64,000 nucleotides of DNA from the human T2T-CHM13v2.0 reference genome, Homo sapiens (GCF_009914755.1 NC_060936.1), one strand, 5' to 3'. Shown: positions 1 to 14,726, counted from the stretch's first letter. Notes: generated from the letters alone by a model not told the origin. Translations and numbers: made by a program.

Positions 1-98
1 CACTGGTACTAGAAATATTTCTGTTGGTTTAGCAAATGCAGAATGAGAAAGGAACAATAATAGTACCAAGATTTATGGTTTACCTTCTTGTGAACAAT

Positions 99-390
99 TT
101 CCTTCGTTCCTTCCTTCTTTCCCTCCCTTCTTTTTTTCTTTTTCTTTCTCTCTTTTCTTTTTTCTTTCTTTGCTTTCTTTCTTCTTTCTCTTTCATCTTT
201 CTCTTTTTCTTTCCTTCCTTCCCTCCCTCCCTCCCTTCTTTCTTTCTCTTTCTTTCTTCTTTTCTTTCTTTCTTTTCTTTCTTTCTTCTTTTTCTTTCTT
301 TTTCTTTCTTCTTTCTCTTTCTTCTTTCTCTCTCTCTCTTCTTTCTTTCTTTCTCTCTCTTTCTTTCCTTCCTTCCTTCCTTCCTTTTTT
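99..390. repeat. Polypyrimidine low-complexity tract, mixed (TTTC)n/(TTCC)n/(TC)n
   Basis: ~290 bp almost entirely C/T on + strand; explains the K/E/R-rich and F/L/S-rich ORFs at 9-443. Confidence 0.95.
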
Positions 391-539
391 ATTCTTTCAT
401 GGAGGTACTCTCTAATTTTCTCCTCAATAAGAAAAACTAACAAAATAACCTGCCTCTACTATTAGTAATTCTTGGTGGGCAAAGTTAAAAATAAATGAAC
501 CATACGATTTGTAACCCTTGAGTGTGAAAACTCTTGTTT

Positions 540-1110
540 CCAAGCAATCTGTTCTCTCTTTCTTTCTGGGCACATAACTGTCCTGTGAGGCTATTTAACA
601 TTTAACCTAAGTTAAATTAGTGGTTACCTAAGTGGTTAACCTAACTGGTTTAACCTAAGTGGTATTAACCTAAGTGGTTAGCTGTAGCCACTTAGGTTAA
701 ATGTTATTATTAATGAATAACAAATAAAAAATAAATAAAATAAAAATAAACTTATTAACAAATATTCATTAGTGAGGAGTCAACATAAGTGATGTACATA
801 AATTTTATCTCATTCCTAAGGAAAATCACGAGACTTAGACCCTTTCTCTTTCCCTCATTTGCAATGGACAAACAGGAGTAGGTTCATATTGATCTTAATG
901 GTGGAAAGACCATGAACAGAGCAACCTTGGAGGCCCCTTGGAGATGGCAGAACTGCTGCATCAGCCTGTGTGCCTGAATAACTCTGTGGAACAGACCCTC
1001 TTAACCCCTTTTAACTGTTACAACATGGCAAAATAACTGTCCATTTATTTGAACTACTTTATTTTGAGGAGTTTTTGTTACAGTAGCTTAGACCTTATCC
1101 TATTAATAGA
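540..1110 (+). mobile_element. Old MaLR LTR (MLT1I/J-like), boundaries approximate
   Basis: GATGGCAGAAC...CAGCCTG..TGCCTGAATAACTCTGTGGAACAGA and the 3' end TTTGTTACAGTAGCTTAGACCTTATCCTATTAATA resemble MLT1J-group consensus. Confidence 0.6.
596..706. repeat. Iterated TAACCTAAGTGGTT micro-repeats with an inverted copy (hairpin)
   Basis: 5-6 imperfect copies at 602-680, reverse-complement copy at 685-706; 596-611 is the exact reverse complement of 691-706. Confidence 0.9.
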
Positions 1111-2389
1111 TTGAGTGAAAATTAAGTGGAAACCATTTTCCCTGACTGCAAAGCTCATCTTGAAAGAAATGGAAATGAACCGAAGGTACCAAACTTTGAG
1201 AATTAGAACCAAGAGAATCTGACTTCTTTCTGAATGGGTAAGGAACAAAGTTTCTGGAAATTTCAAGAGGAGCTATAAGAAGTATTCATTATAAAACTTG
1301 ATGTGTGTTTTGTGGAAATAGAAGAATCAAAAGTAAGTTGGGCTCTCTTTTATCAGCTGGATTTTCATTTCAGAGAAGAGTGGAAAAGACATTCTTAGAA
1401 TTTAAGTTTATAAAATGTTTCAAGGCAGTGAAGGGGAAGATACCAATTCCAAGTGTATTTTTGAAATGTATTTTTGTATAAGTTTTCCAACTGCAGTCTA
1501 GTGACCTAATATTTTCTAGGTGTTGTCTATGGAGATGAGTTTGTTTGGTTCAGGGTATGGAGTACTAAAAAGAATTCAAAGAAATACATAAACTATTTGC
1601 CCTTCAGCTGTCATTTTCCATTTATTTGCACACAGTTTGAAAGTGCTCAAATAGATCTCAGAAGTCTTAAGAGATGAAATATCAGAATGAATTTAAACAA
1701 GCTCAGTAGATGTTCTGTTGTGGTGTTATTTGCCATTTGTGCTTACCTTTCCTGATTAAATTGTGCCTTTCTTTAGGTCAGAAATGTATCACATCCTTAA
1801 CAGTTCTAAGAGTTGCAGTCTCTTCCTCCCATAAAACATTTTTCTAAACATCAAATTTCCTATAATCATTGGGCACATATACTAGGTACATGCCTAGAAA
1901 TATTAAATGCTATACATATCCACTTAGATATCTTTGGAAAAAATTGACTTGTTAAAATGGTCTAATAGAAAAACATCAAGGGAAAGTTCTTAGTGTACAG
2001 TCCTGCTTCCCAAAATAAGTTTTTAATAGCGTTGATTACGCAATTGCATGTTCAAATTGACAGCTTTGCTGTATTTTTTCAAGATGTAGATTTCTTTCTG
2101 TGTGTAGGTGCTATAAAGTATTCCGGGAGCTATTTTGCTAAAAATAAGCCATCTGTGTCAATAGTGAGTGCTCAATGTACAATCTGATATCATTTGCACC
2201 TGCAAAAGTTCAAGAAAGGTAAATGCAGGTGAGATGAAAAACCCTTTTACATAATTGAATGACATATCTTCCCAAGTCTTATTTATTAAGCTAGCTTGGT
2301 TCCCCTTAATAAGCTGCTGCCCACCAAATCACAGATTCCTCAAATATTAGATACAATGGCAGAATGCAGAAGTGGTACCAGGTAGAATT

Positions 2390-2754
2390 CATAGCCAAGG
2401 TGTTGATAAGATTGGTTTCTTCTGGAGGTTGAAGGAGAATCTGCTCCTTCCCTCTCTCCTGTTCTTTCCTCTCTTTTCTGTTGGTTGCTGGAACTCATTG
2501 ACATCTCTTGACCTGCAGTTGTATCACTCCATTCTCTGCATGCACCATCATGTGGCATTCTCCCTGGGTGTGTCTGTGTCCCAGTGTATTCACATGGATA
2601 CCAATTATTGAATTTAAGGCTCACCCCAATCCAACATGACTTCATCTTAACTTGATTACTGCCAAAACACGATTGCCAAATTAGGTAAGATTTACAAGTA
2701 TTGGGAGTTAGGATTTCATATCTTTTTTTTAGGGGACACAATTCAACCACAACA
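2390..2754 (-). mobile_element. MaLR LTR (MLT1B/C-like)
   Basis: Ends GGGGACACAATTCAACCACAACA (reverse complement of the MLT1 5' end); internal GACTTCATCTTAACTTGATTAC. Confidence 0.8.
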
Positions 2755-4304
2755 CTTTTATTTCCTATTCCACTTTAAACAGTTCACTATAAATTTTTTT
2801 TTCAGAAAATCAGTTGTAGGAAATAAAAGTGTCTGTAGGTAACCTCTGCTATCAGCCTGGTAATACCAATGTCCTTTGAAGCAACGGTGTGCAAAAGAGG
2901 CTCCAATTCTTTCTTAAAATGGAAAAGAGAGCAAGACACAAATCAGCATCTCAAAAAATTATCCTGTCACTGTGATGGAATGGTATCTTGAGTGATTGCT
3001 TTGCATTTTCTTCACTGTAGCTCAGGAACTGGTGCCTCTCTTTCCAACCGTACAACAGAGACAACATAAAAGTCCATGTCAGATGTTTCTTTCTCTGCTT
3101 GTTGACAAAACCACATTAGTTATGAGCATGTCACCTTTCCTTGGAGAATGAGTTCTGCTCAAACTACCCATCTATAAATTTGCTTGTGTATGATGAATGA
3201 GAGACAGAGTAGAATTGCCTGGAATCAGATGTCCTAATCAACTCAGAGCAGAGAGGGCAATAAGTAACAGGGTGCAGAGGGAAAAAAATCAGAGAGAAAA
3301 TGGGAATGCTAAGGTTATCAGCTGAGAAAAAAACAGAAATAAAGAAATGTCACTTCTAATTGCTCCTAATGCAGTAAAACATGGTCACTGATTAGGGAAT
3401 CCAAGCAGAAAAGTCTCTTTTGGGTCCAGATGGTGAGAGTTAAGGCTATTATGTGTATTAAAACACCATCTGTATTTTTGAGAACACTAACAGTATATTC
3501 CAATATCCAAGGAGAACCGGTGTGGATTTCTGCTTGCTCTAATTGCTGCAGTACCTGAAATGTATTCACAGCTTCTCCATCTGCACCACATTTCTGATGC
3601 CTGCCATGCACCATTTGACAATCTGCAGTGCTATGCTCTTTCTGTGACCCCATCTTTCCCACTGCATCATTTAGCTCAAATACATTCAGCCACAAAGGCT
3701 TTCCAAATCATTCACTTAGTGACCAAGGACAGAGTTACCTACCACCCACCGGGGAATGAGTCATCATATCATGAAGGCTGTGGAAAAAACAGACATTTGT
3801 CAACAGGTTCTGTGTGTTGTAGAAGATGAGTTCAAATGTAGGACACCACACAGATTTAGTGGTGCATAATAGATGAATAAATTTTTGACAACAAATGTCA
3901 GGCATCTTCAGAATCTTAAACAATAAGAAAATGGAAACTTAAATGTTTGTTATTAAATAGTCACTGTGGGATCCCCATTTAATAATCAAGGTTCAAAAAA
4001 AATCAAAGCTCTTTGCTCTGCCAGCATTACACTCTAAAAAATAAGCAAAGGGAAGAAGCTCTTGAGCCATTGAGAAATATTCTGGGTTTATCCTATCACC
4101 TCACAGTGTTTCTGGGATCAAGACTGGCTTATAAACAAATTGTGAGTTAGGTAAAGTTTGTTTCTTGCATTCTCACCTTTTGTGCTTCCACTAATTGGAA
4201 ATTGATTTTCTTTTTACCCTTCTATCTCCCAAGCTTCATCAGGACTGCAGTGAATGAATTATCTTAAAAGTGATTCTTCAAGCAATTGCAATTGTTAAAA
4301 AAAA

Positions 4305-4800
4305 AAAAACAGGAAAATGCAGATAAGCAAAGGAAAATAAATTATCTGTGATCCAATTGCCAGCAATATCTACTCTTAACATTTTGGCATATAATATTCT
4401 GGGCTTTTTGTGTATATGTAGTCACAAACATTTTGCTTTGCACTCACTTTTGTAGCCTATATTGCTCACTTAAGTAGCTTTCTAAATCCATATATGCCCA
4501 TTTTCATTTTTAATCAAGGCATTGGCTAACATTGCACAATTTAGTTAAGCTTTTTCCATGTTTTCGGTATTATAAATGAGGTGGAAGTATTTAACTTTAT
4601 TGGATATTTTCCTCAGATAAATTGTAAACTGTGGCCCATTGGGTCATGGTCCTTCTGATATAAGTTGCTCAAATTCATTTGAAAAAGTTTGTATTAATTG
4701 ACACATCCATGCAGAGTATCCGTTTCCATAGTAGGGATTATTATGTTCTTATGTTCTTGTTTAATCTGATAGGTGATAAATGATAAATTATTATTGTTTT
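4305..4800 (-). mobile_element. Degraded L1M (L1ME-like) 3' fragment
   Basis: CTACTCTTAACATTTTGGCATAT, CATTGGGTCATGG, TTTGTATTAATTGACA motifs typical of antisense old L1 3' region. Confidence 0.5.
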
Positions 4801-4815
4801 TAATATGAGTCTCTC

Positions 4816-5230
<415 letters not shown>

Positions 5231-5607
5231 TTTACTTTTCTTCTTTCATGAACTGGCTACTCACAGGCATTTCCAAGTTTTGAATTTGTGGTATTATCTT
5301 TCTGATCCATTTGCAAGACCTTTTTATGTGTTAGTAATATAATTCATTGATGTATCATACACAATTTATATATTTTTCTCAGTTTGTTTCTTGTCTTTAA
5401 CTTTGTGGGTCTTTTTTGATGGATATTTTATATTTTTTCAAGGCTAGATCAATTAATTTTTCATTTTTGGCTTACCTTTTAGCTTTCCTTAACACAGAGA
5501 TATATAATATTTATCTTTTTTTTCAATCTGGGACTTTTACCCTTCTACTTTTTCCATTTAAATCATTAATTCATTTGGAATTTAATTTGACTTAAGGTGC
5601 AAGGTCA

Positions 5608-5741
5608 GCCAGATGTGTTGGCTCACACTTGTAATCCCAGTACTTTGGGAGGCTGAAGCAGGAAGACTGCATGAGCCCAGGAGTTTAAGACCAGCCTGAG
5701 CAACATAGCAAAATGCAGTCTCTACCTAACAGCAACAACAG
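5608..5741 (+). mobile_element. Free left Alu monomer (FLAM-like)
   Basis: GCTCACACTTGTAATCCCAGTACTTTGGGAGG...GACCAGCCTGAGCAACATAG then A-rich tail; no right arm. Confidence 0.85.
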
Positions 5742-6800
5742 AAGTACAAGCTAAGAATCTAAATTTGTCACATTGTAGTTAGCCAAAATTTTTCGCTACT
5801 TTTTTTTCTGATTTAAAAATGCTTCACTTATCATTCACTAAACTCTTATCAGTTGTATGATTTATGTGTTGATTTCTATTTGTATTTTATTTCTATTTTG
5901 GCACTGGTGTCTCACCCTTCTGATCATTGTTACTTCATAATACAATCTGCTATCTAATAAGTTATAATTTTTCCATTATTATATACTTCCAATTATTACT
6001 TTTTGCTTTTATAAATAGAGCAGATAAAATTATTCATCATAATGTAGAAATGATTAATATAACCTAAAGTATTATCCCTTCTGAGAATATTTGCATTAAC
6101 TCAAAATATGCTTCAAATTCTCTGGTGGGAGGTATATTCTGGTTACAAAGCAATTTCTGAGTGTTTCTATTGTCACCATATGTAGCTTATGCTTTTTCTA
6201 AAGACTAACCATGTTGTGAAGATGAAATGAGAAAATATAATTGAAACAGAACAAAGAATATAGTAGGAACTTAATTATTGAAATTTTGGCCTTGAAATCT
6301 CAAATAAAGGGATTTTACATTAGTTACTACCTTATTTTGTACATATGCCATAGACATAGTGAGTTTTCCATTTTCTTTTCTTTGAGATAAGAAATGGGAA
6401 AATAAAACAAGGGAAAATATAAGATATCTCTGCTTTCAGGGTGCTTTTTTTCTGTAACAGTTCTTGGGTTTCCACTAACTTGCTTAATAGAACGTGTAGT
6501 AATAAATATAAACTACCATTTGTAAAATGTATACATGCTCTAAACTCTTTCTATATATAATTTCTAATCCAGACAAATACCTTATTTGTTGGTTGTGAAT
6601 CCTGAGGTCCAGATATTTAGTAATTTCAGATTCCCTTCTAACAAATCAAGTCTGTCAGACACTGGAAGCCAAGTCATGCTTCTTTCACTATGTGGTAATG
6701 TGTCTCATGGAAGTGTTTTAAACTCGGAGGAACTTGGTATATTTTGGACTTCCATACTTTGTTATTTTAATACAATGTTTTCTGAATTGTAACACAGTTA

Positions 6801-7278
6801 TTGTATTGGACAGTTTTTACTGCAATAATGCTGCATAACAAACAATCCCCAATTCCAGTGGTTTGCCATAACCATTTTTATTCCTTGTGAAAATATCTGT
6901 AGGTCAGCTGAAGTTTTTCTGAGCTTGGTTGAACTTGATTGGATTCAGCTGGGGGCTTATCTGCAGTTCAGGTTGGGCTTTCCTCCACGTATCCCATTGT
7001 AGAACAAGCACAAGTTAGAGCATGCTCTTCTAACTGTAATGGTGGAAGCACAAAAATTCAAGTCAAATTACATAACAGCACTTAAAGTGCTCATGTCACA
7101 TTTGCTACTATTCCACTGGCCAAAGCAAGTCACATGGTTAATGTTGACAGCAACAAGGAGAGAAAATATACTTTGCCTGTTTTAAAGGAGACATACCTAA
7201 GCATCCTGGCAATTGCATGGGTTACATTTCCATAGGAAAGAGAGATAGGAGAATGGATACAATAATTCAGTCTATCAC
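6801..7278 (-). mobile_element. MaLR LTR (MLT1H/I-like)
   Basis: GCTGCATAACAAACAATCCC start and CCACTGGCCAAAGCAAGTCACATGG core. Confidence 0.7.
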
Positions 7279-7619
7279 TGACACCTTTCAATTATCCAAT
7301 AAAATATTGTAAATTTTCTAAATATGTTTAGTAGAACCCCTGGGAAGTCTATGTAGGTAAATCTTTATCTTTGTTCTAACCAGAGCAGTTTTGCTTTTAT
7401 CAGTCTTATATATTAGGCTTCAGTAAACATTTATTATGAACAAAAGGTAAATAAATTCATGCTTAGAAACCACTGGCATAAGGGATTAATACTAGCAAAA
7501 AATCAGGTATGTGAATTTGAGATAGTCCATTTTATAGTTAATTTACTTTCTTTTTCTGCTGTAAGTGGATGAGACTAACTTGTGCTTCACAGAGAAGAGG
7601 TTTGTCAGAATTGTTAAAA

Positions 7620-7790
7620 TTCTGATTAGGGCACTTTCTAGCTGTGTCACGTTGCTATACTTAACCTCTTTCTGCGCTTTACTTTTTTTCAACAATAAAT
7701 TGAGAATAAAAATATCTAAAGCATAGGGTTATCGTAACTAATAAGACAATGAATCCATAAAGAATATTTCGGACAATGCTAGTATGGAGG
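7620..7790 (+). mobile_element. MIR fragment
   Basis: CTAGCTGTGTCAC...ACTTAACCTCT...CATAGGGTTATCGT core. Confidence 0.55.
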
Positions 7791-8139
7791 AAAATAACAA
7801 ACTAGTGATACTTACAGGAGACCCATCATTAAGTAGAATGGTAGAGAAAGGTAGATCTGATCTTGCTGTTAGAAGTAGCCATTCATGTGAGACAACCTAA
7901 TTATTATATTGTATTCTTTCAAAAATATTTTTATACAACTTGAAAACACAAAATAATGTGTATTTTATATATGTGTGTGTGTGTGTAGAAAGTATCAAAA
8001 TGAACACCTATAACTCATCACTGAACCTAAGAGCTTAAATGGTACCAGTGCCTTTGCATCAATCTGTGTGCTCCTTTTCATCCTAACTCTCTGCCTTAAC
8101 ACACGCCTCCCAATTATAATTTCTATGTAGTGTACCATA

Positions 8140-8330
8140 ATGGTTAAGAATGCAGTCTGAGCCAGACTAATTGCAATAAGCATGTTTTTTGAATCCTCTT
8201 TGCCTCAGTTTCTAAATTGGTATTTTGATGATCATTATATTTTCCTCATGTAAGAATTGTATTGTTTAATATATTTGTAGCATACATAAGGAGGCCTTAT
8301 AAATAGTAGGCAGTGTGTAAGTTTTAATTG
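8140..8330 (+). mobile_element. MIR fragment
   Basis: TGGTTAAGAATGCAGTCTGAGCCAGACT...CTCTTTGCCTCAGTTTC. Confidence 0.55.
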
Positions 8331-8349
8331 TTAACTATTATTATCATCA

Positions 8350-10200
8350 TTGTTATTAGTGACATACATATGTCACTAAGCAATCTATTGTATGGCTTTG
8401 CTTGCTTTTGAGCATTACAAAAATGGAATAATAATCTTAATGTCCTCTTTTGTGACTGACTTTAGAACTCAACATTATGTTTCTAAATGTCGTCTTACAT
8501 GTCGCATAATTTTCCTCATCAGGATTTATTCATTTTCTTGTTGATGGATATTTGTGTTGCTTCCATTCAAATAGTTATTTTTATTATGAATGATGTTATT
8601 ATAACCATTGTTGTACATGCCTACTAGTGTGTACATGCAAGGATTTCCCTAAGATCATCCCTTGAAGTAAAATGGGTGGGCTATGGGAACTTTGAAATGT
8701 TCATCTATGTAAGATGGGACCAAATTGTTTCCAATGCAGTTATGTCAAATTATACTTCAACCAGTGATCCACTGTGGTATTAATTTACAATTCTGTAATT
8801 ACACGACAATATATTTGTATTTGTATTGGCTCTTCATGCTTCTTATTTTGTGATATTCCTACTCTTGGTTTTTATGCCAGTTTTTCCTTGGGTTATTTTA
8901 TTCTGTTTATTGAGTTGTAGAAGTTATTTATTCTTTGAATGCTAATCCATTATTGGCTATGTATGTTACAGATACTGTCTCTCACAATGGGTTGATTTTC
9001 ACTTTCATCACAGTGCCTTTTTATACATAAAATTTCTTAATTTTAATACAAATTTATCAATCTTATCTCTAATGGTTAGCATTTAAAAAAATTCCCTAAC
9101 CCAAATTTAAAATTTGTTCTCACGTAATTTCTATCAAAATTTTAAAGTTTTCCCTCTTACATTTAAGGATTTATCTATCTTGCATATATTTTTGTCTATG
9201 GTATGTGGTAGGAATCTTATTTGATTTTATCCATATGTATAAATGAATTGTATTAAATTTTTCTTCTTTCCGTCATAATCTTCAAGGTAATTTTTGTAAT
9301 ATCCTGAGTTTGCATATATACGTGGTCCTATTTGGGGCTCTGTCTGTTTTTTTTTTTCTTTTTCTGTTTCACAGGTTATTTGTTTTTTTACTCCGGCACA
9401 ACTAATCCTCTGTATTATTTACAATAGCATTGTAATAAGATGGTATCTGGTAAAGCAAGTAGCTCCTCTTTATACTTCATCTTGAACAACATCTTAACAA
9501 CTAATAGGATTTTGCTCATCCACATACATTTGAAAATCAGCTTGATATTCCAAAGTTTAACTACAGTAGATAGCAGTATGAATTTCTTTTTGTTTATTCT
9601 ATTTAGAATTAATTTGGTCTCTTAAATGTAGATTGATATTTCTTAGTTCTGGAAAACCTCAGCCATTACTTATTCAAATTCACTTATCCCTCATATGATC
9701 TATCTTTTCTTCTTGAGACTCTGGTAAAATGTATTTTTAAAATTCTCATTCTGTTTTCTATATCATTTAAGCTATTTGTTGACATTTTCATCTTCTCTTT
9801 ATGTAGGAGTCTGTGTTTCTTCTTTCAATCTATCTTCCAATGTACTAATTATCTCTTCAGCGTTTCTAATCTGCTTTTTAACTTCATTAATTCTGATTTC
9901 AACAATTTCATTTATATTTGAAACATTTACTTTCTTATTTTTAAAATTTTGTTTGTTATTTTTAATGTCACTTTGAATATTTTTAAAATGAAATCTCATT
10001 TTTTAACTTTTCAGACATTTAATTCATAACTTACAATTTCTGATAACTGTAATATCTGAATGCCTTGAGGCCATAATGCTGCTGTTTGTTACTTTTTCAG
10101 ACTCTCATTTATTTTTATTTCCTTGTGTGTTTGATTTTTTAAATGGTAAATTTAAATTTTATTGGTCTTAGTATATACTAAGTCTAGAAACCTAAATGGA
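8350..10200 (-). mobile_element. Degraded L1M fragments (composite)
   Basis: Antisense L1 3'UTR/ORF2 motifs (TTGTTGATGGATATTTG, TGCTAATCCATT). Minus ORF 9799-9999 resembles an L1 ORF1 coiled coil (RNAEEIISTLEDR). Confidence 0.6.
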
Positions 10201-10228
10201 GAATGCTATCATCCAGAGATGACTTTCA

Positions 10229-10610
<382 letters not shown>

Positions 10611-10816
10611 TGAAATGTATTTGGAAATAACATGGAAACATAAGTTTTATGTAGGTAAACATCTGAAAGACTTGCTTATCTCTTGTAAGAAGCCAGATGG
10701 TGCTATAAACAGTGAGTAACCTCTTTAGGCCCCTTCGAGATGTCGCCTAAACAAAGCAATCTGAAGTTTCACTCTCTTTCATTTCATTGTCCTTAGTTTT
10801 GGTCTATATTAGTCTT

Positions 10817-11296
10817 GTTATAGACACACTTTAAGATGGCCACTATAAGTCTTGCCTCCTGCTGTTAACAAACTTATATAATTCCCTCTCGATGAGAATG
10901 TATAGGACCTGCAACTTGGTTCTAACTACTAGGATGTGGCAAGGGTGATTGGATGGTATTTTTATCATTGTGCTTCAATGTATGAGACTCCATCTTACTA
11001 GCAGACTTGTTCTAAAGTCTTGACCTCATTGCTGGCTTTGAAGAAAGAAGCTTCAATGAGTCTTATAAGTGTATAAAAAGAAATAAGTTCATTCAACACT
11101 AGTGAGCTTGGAAACAAACCTTTCCCAGTCAAGCTTCTAGATAAGAACCCAGCTTTTGTTGACAGCTTGACTGCAGTCATGCAGAGGACCTAGCTAAACT
11201 AAGACTCGTAAATAATGGAAACTCTGATGTCATAAATGTATTTTGCTTTAAGTCACTAGGTTTGTGATAATTTGTTATGTAGCATAGAAAAGAAAA
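10817..11296 (+). mobile_element. MaLR LTR (MLT1E/F-like)
   Basis: TAGACACACTTTAAGATGGCC start; end TTTAAGTCACTAGGTTTGTGATAATTTGTTATGTAGCATAG. Confidence 0.75.
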
Positions 11297-12609
11297 TCGA
11301 AGCCTGATATTATCATTTTTTTGTCTATAAAAAGCCTACCTTTTGATGGCTTACTTTTCACTCCTCTCTGCCCTTGTTTCAGCTGTTATTTTTTTTCTCT
11401 CAAAAGGATTAGGAAAGACATAAAAGGTTGGTGGTGTTTAAGATGAGAAACTTGAGAGGTGATAAAAATTTTCTATTAATTGCTTTATAACCAAAGTGCA
11501 TTAATTTTTTTTTATCAAAAGCCTAGTTGTCTTGAGCAAGATGGTCTTTCAGAGTGTCTAGACTGCCTTACTTTTATAAGAAGAAGTTCTCATATTCAAT
11601 TCTTATAATTGAAATGAGAAAAAAATGTGTTTTGTGGTTGACATGTAGAGTCTAAAGAACATATTACTTTCTCTTGGAAGAAAAGACTTTGACTAAAAAA
11701 ATGCAGTTTTGGATGAGAAAAAGATGTTTGGTAAGTTATATTGACTTTATGTTGTTAACATATTGACTTTATATTGATTCAATATTCAAAAAGAGAAATT
11801 GAAAAAAGGAAAAAGACAATTCATTTTTTAGCTCTAAAGAAATTACATATAATCAAACACTAACTGGAAAGAGCTAAAAAAATTTGTTCATAATGACTAC
11901 CGTAAGAATTTACTCTCCATATATTCTTTGAATTCTATTCTTTTTCTTTTTACTCCTCCGTCTTTCCAGAGCTAACGTCCACCTGCTTCAATAAGGATAG
12001 GTTCTCGTGACCGAGTCATATAAATAAGTCTTTTGTAAGTTTGCATAAATCTGCTAAGCAACCATTAACCACTTACCATCAGCACTTTGAAATTCACCTT
12101 TGTATCTCAACTTACTATGTTTTTCCTTTCTACTTATTATTCCCTTTGAAAGTAATACTAATATGTTTACTTTTCAAAATATCCTCATCTTTTTCTTTTG
12201 GAGAGTTATGTAAACAACAACATTCAATGGTTAATTTCTATGTGCTAGAAACAATGTTAATTGATTTACATAACTTATCCTAGCTATCCTCAAAATATTA
12301 TCATTATTTATAGTTTCTCATTATTTATATTTATATTTATCATTATTTATTATCATTATATTATGAAGAAAATTATTCAAATATTCATTGTAACATATTT
12401 TAAAAGTCAAATGCTAATAAAAGATATAGTGATAAATAGCAGATTCTCTCATCAGCTCTTGTTAACTCCTTCATTCCATGATACAGAGGCAAACTATTAA
12501 ATTCTTTTAGTTTTATTTGATTTTAAACTCTCAATTTTAAAATAACTCACTTAGATGTCTATTTATTGCCTTTAAAAATATTACATATTATATTCTGACT
12601 GCCTACTAT

Positions 12610-14726
12610 TAAAAGGAATGCTTTCCTCGTAAAATGAAAAAAGAGGCAAGAATATTGTATCTCACCATTCCTTTTCAACATTGTACTGGAAGGCCTGGCC
12701 AATGCAATAAGACAAGAAAAAGAAATAAAGGGTGTACATATTGGGAAGGCATAGATAGAACTATATTTGTTTGGTGATGACATGATTGCATATTTTGCAT
12801 GATTTATATGCAGAAAATCCCATAGTTGGCAAAAAGTCCCTGAAACTAATAAGCTGTTATAGCAAGGTTGTAGGATAAAAAGTTAATATACAAAAGTCAA
12901 TTGATTACATAAAATATTTAAGTATAGATCAAACAAAATATGTACAGGATCTATGTGGCTAAAACTACAAAAGTCTGATGAAGGAGATCAAAGAAGATCT
13001 AGATAGATATTCTATGTATAGGGACAGGAAAGACTCTATATTGCTAAGATGTCAATTCTTCTCAACTTAATTTCCACATTCATTGCAACTCCCATTAAAA
13101 TCCAAGCAAGTTATTTTCTGTGTATCAACAAATTGACAAGAAAGTTTATATTAAAATACAAAAAGACTCAGAATAGGCAACATAATACACAAGAAGAAGA
13201 ACAAAGAAGAATATGACACAATTCAAATGGAAAATTTACTATAAAGCTGCAATAGTCAAAACAGCATGTTATGGAAGAATTAACACATAGACCAATAGAA
13301 CAGAATAGAGAGCCTAGAAATAGACCCACACAAATATAGTAAACTGATCTTAGACAAAGAAACAAATGCAATTCACTGTAGAAAAGATAATCTTTTCAAC
13401 AAGTGATGCTGGAACAACTGGATATCTACATTGGAAAAAAAAAGAATCCAGACATAGACTTTACACAGTTCACAAAAATTAGCTCAAAATGGATCATAGA
13501 GCTAAATAAAAAACCCACAGTCTAAAACTTCTGTAACAGGAGAAAATATAGGTGACCTTGTGTTTTTAGATACAACTTCTTAAGCACACCATAAAAGTGA
13601 AATTTGTTCAAATTAAAAACTTCTGCAAAGATATTATTAAGAGAATTAAAATACAAGCCACAGAGTGGGAAAATATGCACAAAATACATATCTGATAAAG
13701 GGCTTGCACTTAAAATATAAAAAGAACACTTAAAACTCAAAAATAAGAAAACAATCCAATTTAAAATGGGAAAAAGATCTGAACAGACACCTCACCAAAG
13801 AGGATATACAGATAGCAAATATACATATAAAAAGATGTTAAACATTGTATGTCATAAGAGAATTGAAAATTAAGCAACTATCTACCACTACACATCTATT
13901 AGACGGATTAAAATCTGAAATATGACAATATCATATAGTGGTAAGGATGCAGATCAACAGGTGTTTTCATTCATTGCTGGTAGGAATACAAAATGGTACA
14001 GCCACTTTGGCAGTTCCATACAAGGCTAAACATAATCTTACCATACTATACAGCAATTGCTCTTTTAAATATTATCTGAATAAGTTGAAAACTTACATCC
14101 ACACAAGTAAATGTTTATAGCAAGTTTATTCATAATCACCAACAACCGAAACAATCAAGACATCATTCAGTAGTAGACGAACAAATTGTGGTACATGCAC
14201 AGAATAAAATGATCAGTAATGAAAAGGAATGACCTATTAAGCCACGAAAACACATGGAGCAATGTTACATGAATATTACTAAGTTAAAGAAGCCAATCTG
14301 AAGAGGCTACTTGCTGTATAAGTCCAGCTACATGACGCTCTGAAAAAGACAGAAATATAGAGACAATAAAATGATAAGTGGTTTCCAGGGCTTTAGAGAG
14401 TGGAGAGAAGAACAAATAATTGAAATGAAGGAAATTTTTAAGACAGTAAAACTATTCCCCATGATATTTTAATGGTGAATGCATAAAATTATGCATTTTA
14501 GCCCCTTCCCTCATCCATAGAACTATTCAACACAAAGTGTAAGCCTTAATGTAAACTATGACTTCAGTTAATAATTATATACTACCTTCCATTCATTAAT
14601 GTAACAAATGTACTACACTAATGCAAGATAAGAAAAACTAAGTATGTGAGGGTTACTTGAAAACTCTCTGTAATGTACACTCAATATTTCTGTAAATCTA
14701 AAACTGTTTAAAAATAAATTCTATTA
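12610..14726 (+). mobile_element. L1MC-like element: degraded ORF2 3' half plus 3'UTR
   Basis: TTCAACATTGTACTGGAAGGCCTGGCCAATGCAATAAGACAAGAAAAAGAAATAAAGGG ([20 protein letters not shown]) through a 3'UTR ending AAAAATAAA. Confidence 0.88.

Noticed and set aside
9-443. 144-aa K/E/R-rich and 134-aa F/L/S-rich ORFs
   Set aside because: Translations of the CT microsatellite, which simply lacks stop codons.
596-706. CRISPR-like or telomere-like array (TAACCT resembles TTAGG/TTAGGG)
   Set aside because: No spacers, the period is ~13-14 bp rather than 5-6, and the context is primate DNA; local templating explains it better.
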